DNA of 24,000 bases from an uncultured Atopobium sp. (GTDB lineage: Bacteria > Actinomycetota > Coriobacteriia > Coriobacteriales > Atopobiaceae): positions 1-24,000 of the forward strand of contig CAURLG010000005.1 of NCBI GenBank assembly GCA_963525825.1, given 5' to 3'. The notes below the pieces were generated by a model. That model had not been told where the DNA came from. It was given only the letters and a program-made list of their open reading frames with translations, and did no database searches. This document shows, piece after piece, positions 23,858-24,000 of the stretch; the first letter of the stretch is position 1; every line of letters starts with the position of its first letter. Position numbers and translations under genes: made by a program.

Positions 23858-24000
23858 TGCGGTCGACGCGGCGAACGGGCTGCAGAGCTGCGGCGGGCGC
23901 GTGGCTGCGAGCGCACACTCCGCGCCGACCGGCCGCGCACTGGTCGCGGAGGTCGTGCGACCAGCGCGAACACTGCGGTGAACGGGCGTGCAGCTGCATC

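Noticed and set aside
23658-24000. ORFs at the window end (23658-23981 on +, 23782-23973 on -)
   Set aside because: They overlap the 3' end of the giant gene or GC-rich repeat DNA, are Arg/Ala-rich, and are truncated by the window edge. There is no support for coding.

Overview
The window looks like chromosomal DNA from a Gram-positive-type anaerobe. Gene content, a Tat/lipobox solute-binding protein and T-ending codon preference suggest Coriobacteriia/Atopobiaceae, but that guess is low confidence. About 16 kb is a dense nucleoside-catabolism neighbourhood. It holds deoC, then a convergent yjjI-yjjW-type glycyl-radical enzyme/activase pair preceded by a Crp/Fnr-family regulator, then psuK (HTH-fused)-psuG for pseudouridine. 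A co-directional, partly translationally coupled block follows: deoB-deoD, a BMP-family nucleoside ABC transporter (SBP, double ATPase, two permeases), cdd and pdp. The last 5.5 kb encodes a TetR regulator translationally coupled to a 1584-aa single polypeptide. That protein fuses two HgdC/BcrAD-BadFG-type ATPase activator domains, a 4-Cys linker and two HgdA/HgdB-like (DUF2229/HGD-D) modules, i.e. a complete ATP-driven Fe-S radical/reductase machine of unknown substrate. The two best candidates for undescribed biology are this fusion enzyme and the orphan YjjI/YjjW pair, which sits next to deoC as it does in E. coli. Intergenic regions are unusually repeat-rich: a 46-bp palindromic element in two inverted copies flanking a low-GC segment, 11-bp phased repeats, 31-bp tandem repeats, and a dispersed GGCGAGAAACCC motif. 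I found no tRNA/rRNA, CRISPR array, transposase or recognisable defence system. All calls come from reading the sequence and ORF translations by eye; no searches were run.
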